This document shows positions 1 to 12,726 of a stretch of DNA of 64,000 nucleotides, one piece after another. The stretch spans positions 23,438,001 through 23,502,000 of the forward strand of contig CM059432.1 in NCBI GenBank assembly GCA_030390025.1. Direction: 5' to 3'. Position 1 is the first letter of the stretch, and the number at the start of each line of letters is the position of its first letter. Both the position numbers and the translations under genes were made by a program. The notes below the pieces were generated by a model. The model was not told the DNA's origin, did no database searches, and saw nothing but the letters and a program-made list of their open reading frames with translations. The DNA comes from Squalus acanthias. Taxonomy: Eukaryota.

Positions 1-750
1 CATCACCCTGAGGTAGTTCCAAAGTCCTTTTTCCTTAGGTTTTGGGGATCTGCAAATTTTGGAAACCTTACATTGCACATTGCTCCTCAGTGAAGTTAAG
101 GTAGGGGAAATGCTCCCTGAAGACCCGCTGAATGTATAGTCTGCTGCACAGTGCCCGCCTCCTCCCTCTTCTCTCAGCTGCTTCTGCTCTCTCCTGTCTT
201 CTTGGCTGTTCCCCCTCATCCTCCAGCCCCAAAGCCAGATTTACCAGACCAACATGACTGCAGTGAAACTGTTTTGAAGGCATACAAAAACAGTCCGGCA
301 CCAGCAAAAAGGTGTCAGCAGAAGTCAGTTGTAGAAGGCAGAAAATAGGTCATAAAAGGCCCAGAAGTTAACCAGCAGCCTGAAAGGACAAGCCATCAAC
401 TAACCTGTATGTAGTGGATGAGCCCTTTAAATAGCACTGTTGAAGGGTCCTTGCTGCCTGTTAACACCATGAGTTGCTGGGTGAGTTTATCACATGGTGA
501 GTCAGGTGCTGGAGTAGACGAATTTCAGGCAAGAGTCCTAAAAAAAAGTGTCGGACCCTTAGTTAAATATTTTATTGAACCTTTTTAATGCTTCCGGTGC
601 ACCCTAGACATCTACAGAGGAGCCCGATCCAATATGGCGCGTAGTACACTTGAAACGTGGAATAAGTGCGTGTACATTGCCCGCCATATTGAATGCTTAG
701 GCACCCGTTTTAGACAATGGACAATGTGCCATCAAAGTGCTTTGTGCATT
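1..750 (-). mobile_element. Degenerate PIF/Harbinger transposon: 5' part with HARBI1-like transposase N-terminus
   Basis: Minus ORF 68-307 reads GRRRALCSRLYIQRVFREHFPYLNFTEEQC, resembling the RVFR..FSYL.LSEEQC..RLRF N-terminus of Harbinger transposases. Upstream CCTTTAAATAGC motif is also present in the MITE at ~24493. End coordinate approximate. Confidence 0.7.
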
Positions 751-1612
751 GGTCTGTTAAGCCACACTTGCAAATACCACTGAATGTAACTCTTTCCAAT
801 GCTTGTAGGTCACAGTCATCTTTGTTCTGAAGTGACTTGTATTATTAATGATGGCTTGCGGCACATCGTGTTTTTAAAGGAGTAAGTTGTTTACAATGTA
901 ATATAATTGACAATTTTTTTTTTTAGGCAGCCAACACATTGCACCAGAGAGTCAAACAAGATGTTCATTCCTGCCTGTTAATACTTAAACAATAAGTTCC
1001 GGATAGGTCCATCAAGAAGCCAGAGCAGAGTTGAACTGCTTTCCCAAGGGAGAAAGGGTAAATCTTATGATGAGTCAACTTGACCTGTGCTCATGCATCT
1101 CTTATTAGCATTGGCAGAGATCTGAGTGCTTTACATAAACTTGGAGCAGATTGTCAATAGTTGTTATCAACTCGCAACGTAAGAGAAGTGCTGTTAAAAA
1201 CAACAGAAAGATACCTCTTACATCTCTCCAGCAATTGAAAACAAGCTTTATGCTCCGAGATGTTTGAAGATTTTGCCTGTTCATCTACCCTTGATCAAAG
1301 GATGGTGCTGGGTGACCTAAAAATAACTAAAAAATTGACTTATTGACACGATCACGGAGCATTTGCAGCAATGTAATAGTGCTGTACTTTGGAATGGTAG
1401 GACGTGGCATAGATCTACAATTTTCATCATCTGTGTGGTGCCAATGCTCAGACATACAGGTAAGGAAAGTAATCAATTTCCATATCGAGAACATATGAAA
1501 TATCAATGTTCTCATGAACCCTTGAGCACCTACCAGGGATTTGGCAGGCGGTTATCTGCCCACTGAAGTTATCATCTATCATCATATTTTTGACTGGATC
1601 AGTCTGGTTTTT

Positions 1613-2055
1613 GAAAGAAAGAACAAACGTACATTTATATAGAACCTTTCACACCTTCAGGCTGTGTCAAAGCATCTCACAGCCAATTAATTACTTTTGA
1701 AGTGTAGGCATTGTTGTTAGGTCATTTGCACACAGCAAGGTGTACAAACAGCAATGAAATAAATGACCAAGCAATCTGTTTTTTGATAGTGTTAGGTTAA
1801 GGGATAAACATTGGCTAGCTCATTGGGAGAATTCTCGTGCTCTTTTGCATATAGTGCCATTGCATCTTTTACATCTACCTAAGGAGGTAGACAGGGTCTC
1901 GGTTTAACATTTTGTCCGAAAGATAATGTAGTAGTCCCTCTGCACTGCACTGAAACTGTCAGATTAGATTAAGATACTCAAGTCCTGGAGTAGGGCTTAA
2001 ACCCACAACCTTCCACCTCAGAAGCAAGAGTGTTACCACTGAGCCAAACTGACAC
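1613..2055 (-). mobile_element. tRNA-derived SINE, SacSINE1/DeuSINE-like (degenerate)
   Basis: Aligns by eye with the copies at 7499, 48406 and 61492: tRNA head with A/B boxes on minus, L2-type tail. Confidence 0.8.
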
Positions 2056-2299
2056 TTCAGTGAGCTGTTTGGAAATTTCTAAAATATATATTCGCTAAAC
2101 ACCAAAGTATTTTTAATTCATTATTTTTTTCTTGCTTATTTCTGTGTGTTATGATGCAGAGGCATCAGTTGTTAAGGTTACCAATGAATTTTCATCAACA
2201 CAAAAGATCAAACTCAAGCCATGATTACACCCCATGCCCTACTCATCATTTCACTCGCTTGGATTTTCACTTGACAAAAGGTGACTGTCCACTACCCAC

Positions 2300-2965
2300 C
2301 TTCCCTTAAAAGGGCAAAGCAGGAAACTTAAAAGAGCAAAAGTTCGTTCTGGCCCATTTTTGCGCGGATAACTGATGGCGTGCTTCCAGAGCACGTCCCA
2401 ACTAGGAGGCCCGAGGCTCTCCAGTAATTGGGCCTTGGGCCTGATTGTAATAATAGGGGTGAGCTGCCGCCACCTGTTGCGCCTCCAGAAGCAGCTCACC
2501 CATGTGGCTGGCTCAAATTTGGGCCACCTACCTTGCTGGCCGTGGCCCTCAGGTAAGTCCTAGGAGTGGGAGGGAAGGAGAACATGAGGGAAGTGACCGT
2601 GGGCCGGCAATGGCCCTCAGGTGTGCTGTGGGCCAGCTGGAGCGTTCTTGCTTCCCCCGGCTCCACAGGAAAGTTTAACAAAAAACAAATTTATCTTGAT
2701 GGTGGTGGCTGCTGCTTAGGCCACAGCAATGGCTGGAAAAAGCTGAACCGAGCGGGTTCAGTGCCAGCACTGCCCAATTTCCTGCAGGCAGCCTAAAACA
2801 GGTGTTAGGCCCCTCAGTTATGTATGTAATGGGCCTAACGCCTGTTTCAGGTGGGCACCATTGGTGCTTGGCAGCCGCCTATGACAAAATGACGACGCCC
2901 GTACCCCCTGGCACACCGTAAATTGGTCCTTTTTCCATCCGTAACATGGACCAATTTCTACCCCA
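2300..2965. mobile_element. Degenerate GC-rich Harbinger-type MITE
   Basis: Ends in CCAATTTCTACCCC like other MITE termini here. Shares blocks (GGCCCTCAGGTRAGTCC, GGGCCTAACGCC-like) with 14030-14440. Confidence 0.5.
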
Positions 2966-3429
2966 AAGAATAGGAGTTAGAAACACAGGAGTCCTCTTGG
3001 TGGAAGTGATAACATTTATTTGAACCATTTTATTTACTGCAGGCTCTACAAGTTACCAGTAGGTGGAGTGCTACTGCAAACATTGCAGAAGAATCTGTAC
3101 TGACTTATCCTTCAGCAATGAAGGCGCCTTCGTACGTTCACAAACCTGCAGGCGTTTTTCTATCATATAACACTTGTAAACTGATTTTGTATTAATTAAT
3201 ATAACGGAAAAGTGCCGAACCACACATCATGGTCTACTTTATAGTTTCCTCTGGTCATTGTGCGTTGGTGAGATTGTAACCATAGCCGAAAGATTTTTTT
3301 TGTGTTCCCTTTGTCTAGCAAAATCACTCTAAAAGAATTGGTTGATAATTTCACTAGAAATAATGACCAGAGAAAATCTTCATCCTTTGTTTTATTTTTT
3401 TTAATTGATTCTTTTGAGTGTCACTTTTA

Positions 3430-3980
3430 TCGGAATATATAGGAACAGGAGTTGGCCATTAGTTCCATTGAGCCTACTCTTCGGTTTTGTTAACCATGGC
3501 AGCTCTATCTCTTTAATCCCAATTTCTTGCCCTCTCTCCAGATCCATTAATATCTGTGCTTCCCGAGTAATTTATATCTACCTTTCAAACACTTTGGTTG
3601 ATTCTGCATCGATGTCCTTACGGGGTAGCGAATTCCACATTCACTCAAACTTTTGTGTGAAGAAACTGTTTTTCTGGATTCAATTTTAACCAGCTTCATT
3701 TGAATTCTAAGGTTATGTTGCCTTGATCTGGATTCTCCTACAAGAGAGAAGAGTTGTTTCCAATGTACTTTCTCAATTCCCTTCATTATTTTCATCTCCT
3801 TAGTCAGATTTCCCCTTAACCTCCTCATCTCTAAGGAATATAACCCAGGTTTACCCAATCTCTCATCATAGCTAAGTCCCATCAACTGAAGCATCATTCT
3901 GACCAACCCTCACTGGACTCCTGCCAACACCGCTAAGGTGAGGTTCCCAAAACAGAAGACAATGCTCCAATCATGTCTGA
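3430..3980 (-). mobile_element. Old CR1 LINE 3' fragment
   Basis: Minus ORF 3547-3906 GLSYDERLGKPGLYSLEMRRLRGNL matches the CR1 ORF2 C-terminus. Confidence 0.85.
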
Positions 3981-3984
3981 ATTT

Positions 3985-4372
3985 TGAAGTGTAATTATTC
4001 TTGTCATGTAGGCAAATGTAGCAGTCAACTTGTACACAGCAAGATCCTACAGATCAGAGGCAAAAGTGCTACCACTGAGCCAAGAGTGACATCACTAGCC
4101 TGCTACCCTAGCCTGCCTCTGCCCTACTCCTGGGATCTAGGCCTGCCCTAACCATGTTATTATTTTGTTCTGCTAAGACTTACTGATAATAAACACCCAT
4201 TCATTCAGTTTGTTAGACTTCAATATAAATTCCCTCTGAAGGTTATGGGCTCAAGTCTTGAGCACTTAATGCAGTACTGACACTTCATTTCAGTACTGAG
4301 GGAGTGCTGTCCTATGCTGTCTTTTGAATGAGATGCTAAACTCTGCCAATTGAGGTGGATGTAAAAGATCCC
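3985..4372. mobile_element. Two partial SacSINE1-like SINE fragments (3985-4092 minus; 4237-4372 plus)
   Basis: Blocks TTTGAAGTGTA..CACAGCAAG..CCACTGAGCC and CAGTACTGAGGGAGTGCTG are shared with full copies. Confidence 0.6.
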
Positions 4373-4959
4373 AAGGTAAAATATCCAGAAATGAGATCTA
4401 GTAAAGGAAAATTTCTGGACAAGTGTACAGATTTGCTAAAAAAAAACCTTTGCAGCAACACACAGAACTATTGCTATAGCAACTCTAACTGGATCAAAGC
4501 AAGGTCACATAGATTTACATAAAAGGGAACATCTGTGTATTTTTTTCTTACAGATAAAAGGAGAGAGGAAGAATGAGGAGAGTCACAACAACAGAAATTG
4601 GCTGAAACTAGAGCGAGAGAGAGACAGACAGACAGAAAGAGTGGAAGACAAATAGAAAGATAAAAGGGAAACAGAAAGAATTAGCGAGTATAGCTGAGAA
4701 ATTACTTTTTGCAATATTAGCAGCTGAAAGTTCCTATGATATTCCTCTATCCATTATTTTAGCAGAGATGTTAAACCATTTAAAATAGATGGATTAATGT
4801 CTGCATTAAATTAATGGGCATAGGAATGTCATAGAGATGTATTTACCCCAAATTTCTGTGAGGCCCACTGGTACACACCTGACAGGAGTTCTTAGGAGGC
4901 AGAAACTTCCATCTATCCCAAACATGGCTCATGGCGTTGGGGGATTGTGTGGTAGAGTG

Positions 4960-5526
4960 AACATAAGAACATAAGAATTAGGAGCAGGACTAGGCCATTC
5001 GGCCCCTCGAACCTGCTCCGCCATTCAATAAGATCATGGCTGATCTGATCTTGGCCTCAACTCCACTTTCCCACCCGCTCTCCATAACCCTTGGCTCCCC
5101 TGTAGCTCAAATATCTGTCTATCTCCACCTTGAATATATTCCACAGCTCTCTGGGGTAGAGAATTCCAAAGATTCACGACTCTCTTAGAGAAGAAATTCC
5201 TCCTCATCTCCGTTTTAAATGGGCGACCCCTTATTCTGAAACTTTGCCCCCTAGTTCTAGATTCCCCCACGAGGGGAAACATCCTCTCTGCATCTACCCT
5301 GTCAAGCCCCCTCAGAATCTTATATGTTTCAATAAGATCACCTCTCATTCTTCTTGAGTATAGGCCCAACATGTTCAACCTTTCTTCTTAAGACAATCCC
5401 TTCATCTCAGGAGCCAACCTAGTGAACCTTCTCTGAACTGCCTCCAATGCAAGTATATCCCTCCTTAAATAAGGAGCCCAAAACTGCACGTAGTACTCCA
5501 GGTGTGGTCTCACCAGCACCCTGTAG
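4960..5526 (-). mobile_element. CR1 LINE 3' end
   Basis: ORF 5034-5378 RRMRGDLIETYKILRGLDRVDAERMFPLVGESRTRG; (AACATAAG)n tail at 4960. Confidence 0.95.
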
Positions 5527-5729
5527 CAAGTGGGTGGGGGATGTCAAGGCCAGGGGAGGGAATTCCCACCAATGGAAATTGCCTCAGCCCTGGCCTCCTT
5601 ACCACCAAAGGCTCTGTAAGTCGGCCTGCTGGCACTCGGAGCAGCAGGTGCTGGGCCCGCCTGGGGATCCTAGCCTGAACCTCCAAAATAATTTGCCTCT
5701 GTAAATTGGGGCCTAAAAAATGACTCCAT

Positions 5730-6606
5730 GGGGGCGATTTTGCCGGCGCTCAGGCATCAGGTTTGGAGGCGGGACTGCTGGCAAAATCAAAAAGATTGGC
5801 AGCGGGTCCTGAACCCGCTTCCAACCTGCCTCCAATCAATCTTCCCGGGAGTCGGGTCCCCGATTTGCGCAGAGACCCGACTCCTAGCGGCGGCAAGAGG
5901 ATTATAGCCACTTAACTACTTGTTAACAGGTAGTTAACAGGCAGTTAAGAAGCTTTTTCCAATTTTGCCAGGTCGACTGCGGGCTTCCCGATGTCAGGAC
6001 ACCACGCCAGGTAAGTGTGGCGTGTTGTGAGTCTACTGTAATGTTTCTTCATTGATGACAGCTACAGACGTGGTGTGAAGGATCCAATGGTACACTGGTG
6101 AGTTTCAGAGGTAAGGAAATGCTGGGAAAATAATTTTTAATCTATTTAGACTTTTCTGTAGGTAATAAGGTTTAAAGTGTTTGTGCAGTCCCACCTCATT
6201 GGGAGAACCCCTCTCACCAGTGACAGATTGCTTCTGTAACCTCACCTGCAGCTGCCATCTGTTTTATCCTAAGGAGAGAGTCTCTGGAGAGCCTGGATGC
6301 AAGGGCTCACCTTTGTACAGTGATTGGCAGTGTTTGCAGCACCTCAATGCTGTCAAACACTAAAAAAATCACCTGTCAATCAAAAATGAGCGTGTCCCCT
6401 TTAAGAAAACCGGCAGATGACGCGTCATCAACTGACGTCATCTGACACCGGCTTTCTCTTAATTGACCGGCAAGCCCGCAGGGCGGGCTTAACAAGGCCA
6501 ATTGACGCAAAATAGCGTCTGTGCGTCGGACGTCGTTGGGGGCGGGATCGGAACCTGCAAGTCAGCTGACCCGCTCCCAACTCGCCTCTTCAGGTAAGAT
6601 CCGTCT
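5730..6606. mobile_element. Harbinger-type MITE with degenerate TIRs
   Basis: Starts GGGGCGATTTTGCC, ends GGTAAGATCCGTC. GC-rich subtermini share motifs (CCCGACTCC, GATGACG/TGACGTCATC) with 9099-9868. Confidence 0.55.
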
Positions 6607-6974
6607 GAAGTGGTGCCAGCAGTGTTAATAGTAATGGCCATTGTAACATTGTAACAGTTTGCCCCTTCCCCCACCAGCACAGTGGGTATCCAAGATGCGT
6701 CCATAGCAGCATGGGCCTGCCAGTGTGATGCTATTGAGGTGACCTATGAGGACACTTTGGCAGTGTTACAGGCAGAGGTGGCTACTCCGCTACACTTACG
6801 CAGGCAGAGCGGTTCCACCTATTTTCAGGCCCCCCTAAGCGTTTAGGCTGCTAATATCGGCAGAAGGAATTTCTAGCTAGGGAGACAAGCAGAGAGAAAG
6901 CTACAGGAAGAGACACAGCGCCATCCATTTTGCTTTAATTTTGCTTGTGACTAACACTGCAGGAGCCCAGGAAA

Positions 6975-7435
6975 AAAAATGAAACACCGAGATCTGAGAT
7001 AAAAGTAGAAAATTCTGGAAATGCACAGCGGGTCAGGCAGCAAGAGGTTTCAGGTGGAGACCTGCCATCAGAACTGATATCGGAAGACAGGAGAACAACT
7101 TTATCGGGCTTGTCAAAAGAAAGAGATGAGACAAGAGCAAATAAAAGGCATGAGTTAAAAGGCAACAGACAAAAGGCTATCTGCTAGTATAAAGTGATAG
7201 CTGAAACAAAATGAGAACATGTTGGAAACACTCAGCAAGTCAGGCACAGCATCTGTGCAGAGAAGTGACAAGTTAATGCTTCAGGCTCAACACTTCATCA
7301 GAGCTCGTAAAGTGTTGATGAAGGGTTATGCCTGAAACGTTAACTTGTCACTTCTCTCCACAGATGCTGATGATTTGCTGTGTGTTTCCAGCATTTTCTG
7401 TTTTTGTTTCAGGTTTCCAGCATCTGCAGTATTTT
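6975..7435. repeat. Penelope-like terminal repeat fragments, including an inverted pair (7205-7435) with degenerate hammerhead cores
   Basis: CAGCATCTGTGCAGAGAAGTGACAAGTTAA..TTCATCAG is mirrored by TGATGAAGGG..GAAACGTTAACTTGTCACTTCTCTCCACAGATGCTG. Confidence 0.75.
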
Positions 7436-7498
7436 ATTAATAGCCTCTAAACAGAGTTTTAAAAAGCTAGCTGAAAAGAGGTGATAAGTGCTGGATAT

Positions 7499-7965
7499 AA
7501 AAAGAAAGACTTGCATTTATGGAGTGCCTTTCACAACCACCAGACGTCCTAAAACGCTTTACAGCCAATGAAGTACTATTTTGAAGTGTAGTCACTGCTG
7601 TAATGTAGGAAACACGGCAGCCAATTTGCGCACAGCAAGCTCCCACAAACAGCAATGTGATAAGGACAGATAATCTGTTTTAGTGATGTTGGTTGAGGGA
7701 TAAAATTTGCCAGGACACCGGGGATAACTCCCCTGCTCTTCTTCAAAATAGTGCCATGGGATCTTTTACGTCCACCTGAGAGAGAAGACAGGGCCTCGCT
7801 CTAGCGTCTCATCGAAGACAGCACCTCCGACAGTGCAGCACTCCCTCAGTACTGCACTGCAGTGTCAAACTAGATTTTTGTGCTCAAGTCTCTGGAGTGG
7901 GACTTGAACCCACAACCTTCTGACTCAGAGGTGAGGGTGCTATCAACTGAGTCATTGGCTGACAC
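7499..7965 (-). mobile_element. Full-length SacSINE1/DeuSINE-like SINE
   Basis: Minus strand has A box TGACTCAGTTGA, B box GGTTCAAGTCC, central domain and tail ..AAATGCAAGTCTTTCTTT. Confidence 0.9.
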
Positions 7966-8089
7966 AAAGGTCATCTCAATCTGACACCCCTAGTCTTTCT
8001 CTGATTCCCTGTTACTGTAGTTACTCCCCCATCTCGCCCACCCACTCTAAGCTCATAATTTCCTTCTGCTCCCTCCATACCTTTCCCAT

Positions 8090-9045
8090 TTAAGCAACCC
8101 TCCAGACCCCATGCTTGCCAATATTTTTAATAGCCTCCACTCCCTTTGAAAATTTCTGTTATGATCCCCTTCCTCAAAAAAGCCTTAACCCCAATTACCA
8201 CCTCATCTCTAACCTAATTTTCAAATGTATCGTCTCCCACAGCATTATTCTTTTAGTCCAGCCAGTTTCTGCCTTGCTTACAGCTCTGAGGCAGTCCTAG
8301 CCAAAGTCAGGAATAACATCCTTTATGATTGTGACTGTGACTGTATTATCGCTCCTCAAGCTCTCCACAGCATTGATATGGTCGCCCTTGCCATCCTTGT
8401 GCATTGCTTCCCGTTTGTTGCCAGTTCTGTATTACTGCTTTTGTGTGGTTCCGCTCCTATCTGTTTGATTGCAGCCATTGCTCCTCCAGAAATGGCTTCC
8501 CTCTCAGCCACCGCACAGTCACCTTAATGATCAATCTTTGGCACCCTCCACTTCCTCTTCTGCATTCTGCCCTTTGGTGACATCTTCTGAATGTCAGCTT
8601 CTACATATGTGCTGATGACACCCAGCTGTACCTCTTTACCTTTTTGAGAAAACCAAAGCGATAGATTCTGTTCTCGTGCCCATCCCCAACCGCTTGCTCC
8701 AGCTTGGTGTTCTGCTTGGCCCAGAGCTGAACTGCAAATTCAGCATCCTGTTCATTATCAAAACATCTTAATTTCAGCTCCAGAACATTGCATGGCTCCT
8801 CTTCAGCTAAACTATTGCTGTAAACCCTTATCCACATATTTGTCATCGCTAAACCCAAGTTCTTCGATGTTCTCCTAGTTTACTTCCATCCCCCACCTTT
8901 CTATAAACTCCAACTCGTTCAAAACACAGTTGCTCATATCCTGTCCCACTTGCCCATCACCTCTGCCTTCACTCGCCTACACTGGCTCCCTGACCCCCAA
9001 AACATTGAATTTAATAACCTTGCCTTTGTCTTCAAATCCAGCCCC
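8090..9045 (+). mobile_element. Degenerate L2-clade LINE RT fragment
   Basis: SSEAVLAKVRNNILYDCD, GCTGATGACACCCAGCTGTAC (ADDTQLY) and PITSAFTRLHWLP motifs. Confidence 0.8.
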
Positions 9046-9098
9046 ATCCCAGGCAAAATGAAGAAAAAATTTGTGGTAGAAAATGGTTTCAAGACAGA

Positions 9099-9868
9099 GG
9101 GCTGGATTTTGTCTTGGGGTTGGGTTGGGGTCGGGTTGGGGTCGTGTAATCCGCATTTCGTGTTTCCCCCCCGACTCCAGATTAATGTGGATGCCTGATG
9201 CAATTTTCACTTAATTGGGCAATTGAGTTGGAGCATGTGGGAACCCATGAACTAATTAGTGTTTTCAGTCTGAAAGTCGCCTCTGATGATGTCATCATTG
9301 TTAACTGTCTAGTCTCAGAGACTGTTGGTGAGAGAGGACCTGCCTGGCTTTTGATGTGAGTGGACCTGTATGCAAAAATGGGGGGGGGGGGGGGAGGACA
9401 GAGAGAGAGAGAGAGAATTTTTTGCCAAGTAAGTCCTCCCAGGCAGTCTCTGAAGACATTCAATGCAGCAGCATCACAGGCAATGTTCAGACCTAATACT
9501 ACTACTACCACCTTCATCACATCTCTGTTGTAATAGTGGACTTGCAGCCGATAGTCAGCTATCCACTTGTGCTCCCGCCAGGTTTCACTGGAGTGTTTCA
9601 CACCAGGCGTGCTTCACGTCAGAAGAGGGTTAAACTAGCTACAGCATTTCAAAATGGCATTACAGAGCCAATTTAGAGCTTGTTAAGGGCTTTAATGGCC
9701 TCTCCCGCCTCTTCAAGGCGGGACGGAGTCGGGAACCCCGCGACTGACTATGTCAAAATTACGTGGAGGCGGGATGGAGTCGGGATGGGGTCTGAAACCC
9801 CGACCCCGCAAATTTAACCCCCCACACGCCTCCAAACCCGACTCCATGGGTCATTCAAAATCCAGCCC
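9099..9868. mobile_element. Harbinger-type MITE, 770 bp
   Basis: Perfect 13-bp TIR GGGCTGGATTTTG/CAAAATCCAGCCC; 3-bp TSD AGA (9096-9098, 9869-9871). Confidence 0.9.
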
Positions 9869-10244
9869 AGAGAGTCCAAGTAGGCAGCAATTATGTTCAG
9901 TGCTGAAACCCAGAAGATACAGTGGAATTATCAGATTTTGATTGAAATAAGCAGCAAAAAAAAACCACTTAGTCAATACCTGCACCTTCCCCCCTGACCT
10001 TGAATACCCCACCGCCCCCCCACCCTCCCCACCCCTAAGGCTGAGCAAGGATCATGAATCCCCTTCCTCATTAGCAGTAAGTCATGGATTGCCCTCAACT
10101 CCCCTCCCCTGCTCAAATTCCCATTCGTTCACCATTGGCTGCACCTTTCCCACCAAGCCCCTTCATGCTGGAGGCATTTCCCGTTCCAACTCACCCACTG
10201 GCTGTCAATCCCTTCCGCTACCGCCACCAAACCCCCCCCGCAAT

Positions 10245-10368
10245 CCCCTCAGAGGAATAGAAGGTTATGCTGATAGGGTTAGATGAAGAGGCTCGTGTGG
10301 AGTATAAACACTGGCATGGACCATTTGGGCTGAATGGCCTGTTTCTGTGCTGTACATTCTATGTAATA
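10245..10368 (+). mobile_element. CR1 3' UTR fragment
   Basis: GGGCTGAATGGCCTGTTTCTGTGCTGTACATTCTATG CR1 terminal motif. Confidence 0.7.
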
Positions 10369-10502
10369 ATCTCCCAACTGTATTTACCATCCACAGAGTT
10401 TCCTCCCTCCCCCATCTTTCTTACCCGGCCCCCATGCCCTCTTCCGTACTCCACCCTTTTCCATCCCTACCCTTCCCTCTCCCACAATCCCCTTTCCTGC
10501 CT

Positions 10503-10910
10503 TTTTTTTACATTCATTCACGGGATGTGGGAGTCGCCAGCAAGGCCAGCATTTTATTGCCCATCCCTAATTGTCCTCGAGAAGGTGGTGGTGAGCCGCC
10601 TTCTTGAATAAGTGGCTTGCCATTTCAGAGGAGAGTTAAGAGTCAACCACATTGCTGTGGGTCTAGAGTCACATATAGGCCAGACCAGGTAAGGATGGCA
10701 GATTTCCTTCCCTAAAGGACATTAGTAAACCAGATGGGTTTTTACAACAATCCGGTAGTTTTATGGTCACCATTACTGACACTAGCTTTTTAATCCAGAC
10801 TTATTTAATTAACTGAATTTAAATTCCCCAAATTTGAACTCGTGTCTCCGAATCAATAGTCCAGGTCTCTGGATTACTAGTCCAGTAACATAACCGCTAT
10901 GCTACCGTAC
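10503..10910 (-). mobile_element. tRNA-derived SINE sharing its 3' tail with the LINE at 15518-16550
   Basis: Minus head GGTAGCATAGCGGTT..GAGTTCAAAT (A/B-box-like). The last ~100 nt match the 3' end of LINE 15518-16550. Confidence 0.8.
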
Positions 10911-12309
10911 CCCACCTACTCCTCATCGCTTTTTATTTGCCTCCTCCCCACCATCTGCTTCCTCCACCTTTTCCTCCACTTCCTCCTCCTTGCTTCCCAC
11001 ATCTCTCTCTCCCCTACACTAGCTCCATCATCTTCACCCTTTCACACTGGTTGACCTGAAAAATGCATGGATCGATTTCATCTCACTTGTGCCTTGACCT
11101 TATGTTTGCATTTTTTTATTCCTTGAAACCACTTTATTAGGTGCAAGCTAGAAAATCTTTAGAACGACAATTGATAGTGCAACTGAGCTTTAAACTAATA
11201 AGCCTGTCTTGGCAACTGGAGCATTGTGTTTCCACTCACCATGCATATATAGCAGTTTGTCCTGCTGATTAATCAGCATTCTGCATTGTTGAGAATATTG
11301 AAAGGGAATCAGTCGTCCTACCAGCATCAACTTTATCTAGAAAGATATCATTGTGAGAGCTTTTTTTCCTTAGTCTGATAAGGAAGGGGCCAGGGATAAG
11401 TATTTTTATTGCATTTTATGGCCGGCCACACATCATTCATCACTTAAGAGAGCAAGCAGGCAATCTACTTCTGCAAAATGTATCTGGATGGGTTGGGAAT
11501 GGGGATGAAGATGAAGATGGCGATGGAGATAGGGATGGAGATGGGTTAGGTTGAGGATGGGAATGGAGATGGGTTGGGAATGGGGTTGGGGATGGAGATG
11601 TGGAAAGATGAGGAGGGAGAACCGTCACTTTACCTGCAGGTGCAGATCACTTCAGTTATTTTCTACATATTTTACCAATGCAGGTCAGCGAAATTGCAGG
11701 TGTGCTCTCCCTGATTTTTCATCCATTATAGGGTGATTTTAAGACTGCATACTTCTGGAATGGAGCCTCACCAACTGGGATCGCGATTTGGTAAATTGTG
11801 GACACATTCTCCAATGTAAGGAGATTTTATGAATGTGTTCTCCTGGCATGAAGCCTCGCTTGCTGGAGGTGCGAATCGGGCAATCATAGGCACGTTCCCC
11901 AGAAGTGTCTGCCCATAAATTGGCCCTCATATTTTGCAGTGACAAGTGTGCCATTGAGAAGACTGTTCACTGCTTTTGGCGTTTTATTGATTAATTTGCT
12001 GAATTGTTCATCTTAAGTGGTTAACTCCTATTTTGTCAACAAAACAGGAAACTTTTGACAAATTCAGAAAATGAGTCAATAAACTATTAATTTATAATTA
12101 GCCGAGAGAAAATGACTGTTTGTGTAAACAGCGTTCATAAATCAAGAAATGGTCAATAAACAGTGCTAAATTTTGATTGTTAGTCGATAATTTTTTTTGA
12201 TTTCACTTGTGCACCAGAAGTTTATAAATTCCAGACTTGTTGATCGTTTTCAGTTTTCCATTCTCAGTGGGATTTTTGGGGTTTTTAATTCGTTTATGGG
12301 ATGTGGGCT

Positions 12310-12726
12310 GGTGTTGAGTGGCCTAGCCAGCGGTCCTTAAAACGCACACGTTTTTTTAAACTTTTATTTTATGGGGGGCCAGAAGCAGAAGCAGGCTGCT
12401 CCGCCAGGGCCCACTAACAAAAATCCAGTCCACTGCTAGCCTGTGTGCGGCACATCCCTCAGGATCATCTCCTTCTGCCCCCCCCCACCCACCACCCCCC
12501 ACTTAAAGCTCCGACCACTGGTTGGCTGCATTTATGTCCACCGATTTCCTGCTCACCTAAACTGCCTTAGCAACGCTGGTTTGGTGCATGTAGCTTGCCA
12601 GCGGCATGTAAATGAGGCCCGGGCTTCAAAAATAGCTCAGGCATCACGGTAGTAATAATGGGCAGGCTTTAGGCACAGTCCGCACGCTGACCGCCTATTG
12701 CCCCTGTGGAGTGCAGACTGGACCCT
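12310..12726. mobile_element. Degenerate GC-rich MITE fragment
   Basis: Similar composition and motifs (GGGGCCAG..AGCAG, ATGTAAATGAGGCCC) to the other MITE relics. Confidence 0.4.

Noticed and set aside
927..1058. Coding exon (T-tract AG acceptor, GG/GTAAAT donor)
   Set aside because: TAA stops in all three frames; could only be non-coding, and there is no further support.
3043..3195. Exon-like open frame ALQVTSRWSATANIAEESVLTYPSAMK after a CAG acceptor
   Set aside because: No recognisable homology and no convincing donor or partner exons; cannot be excluded without RNA-seq.
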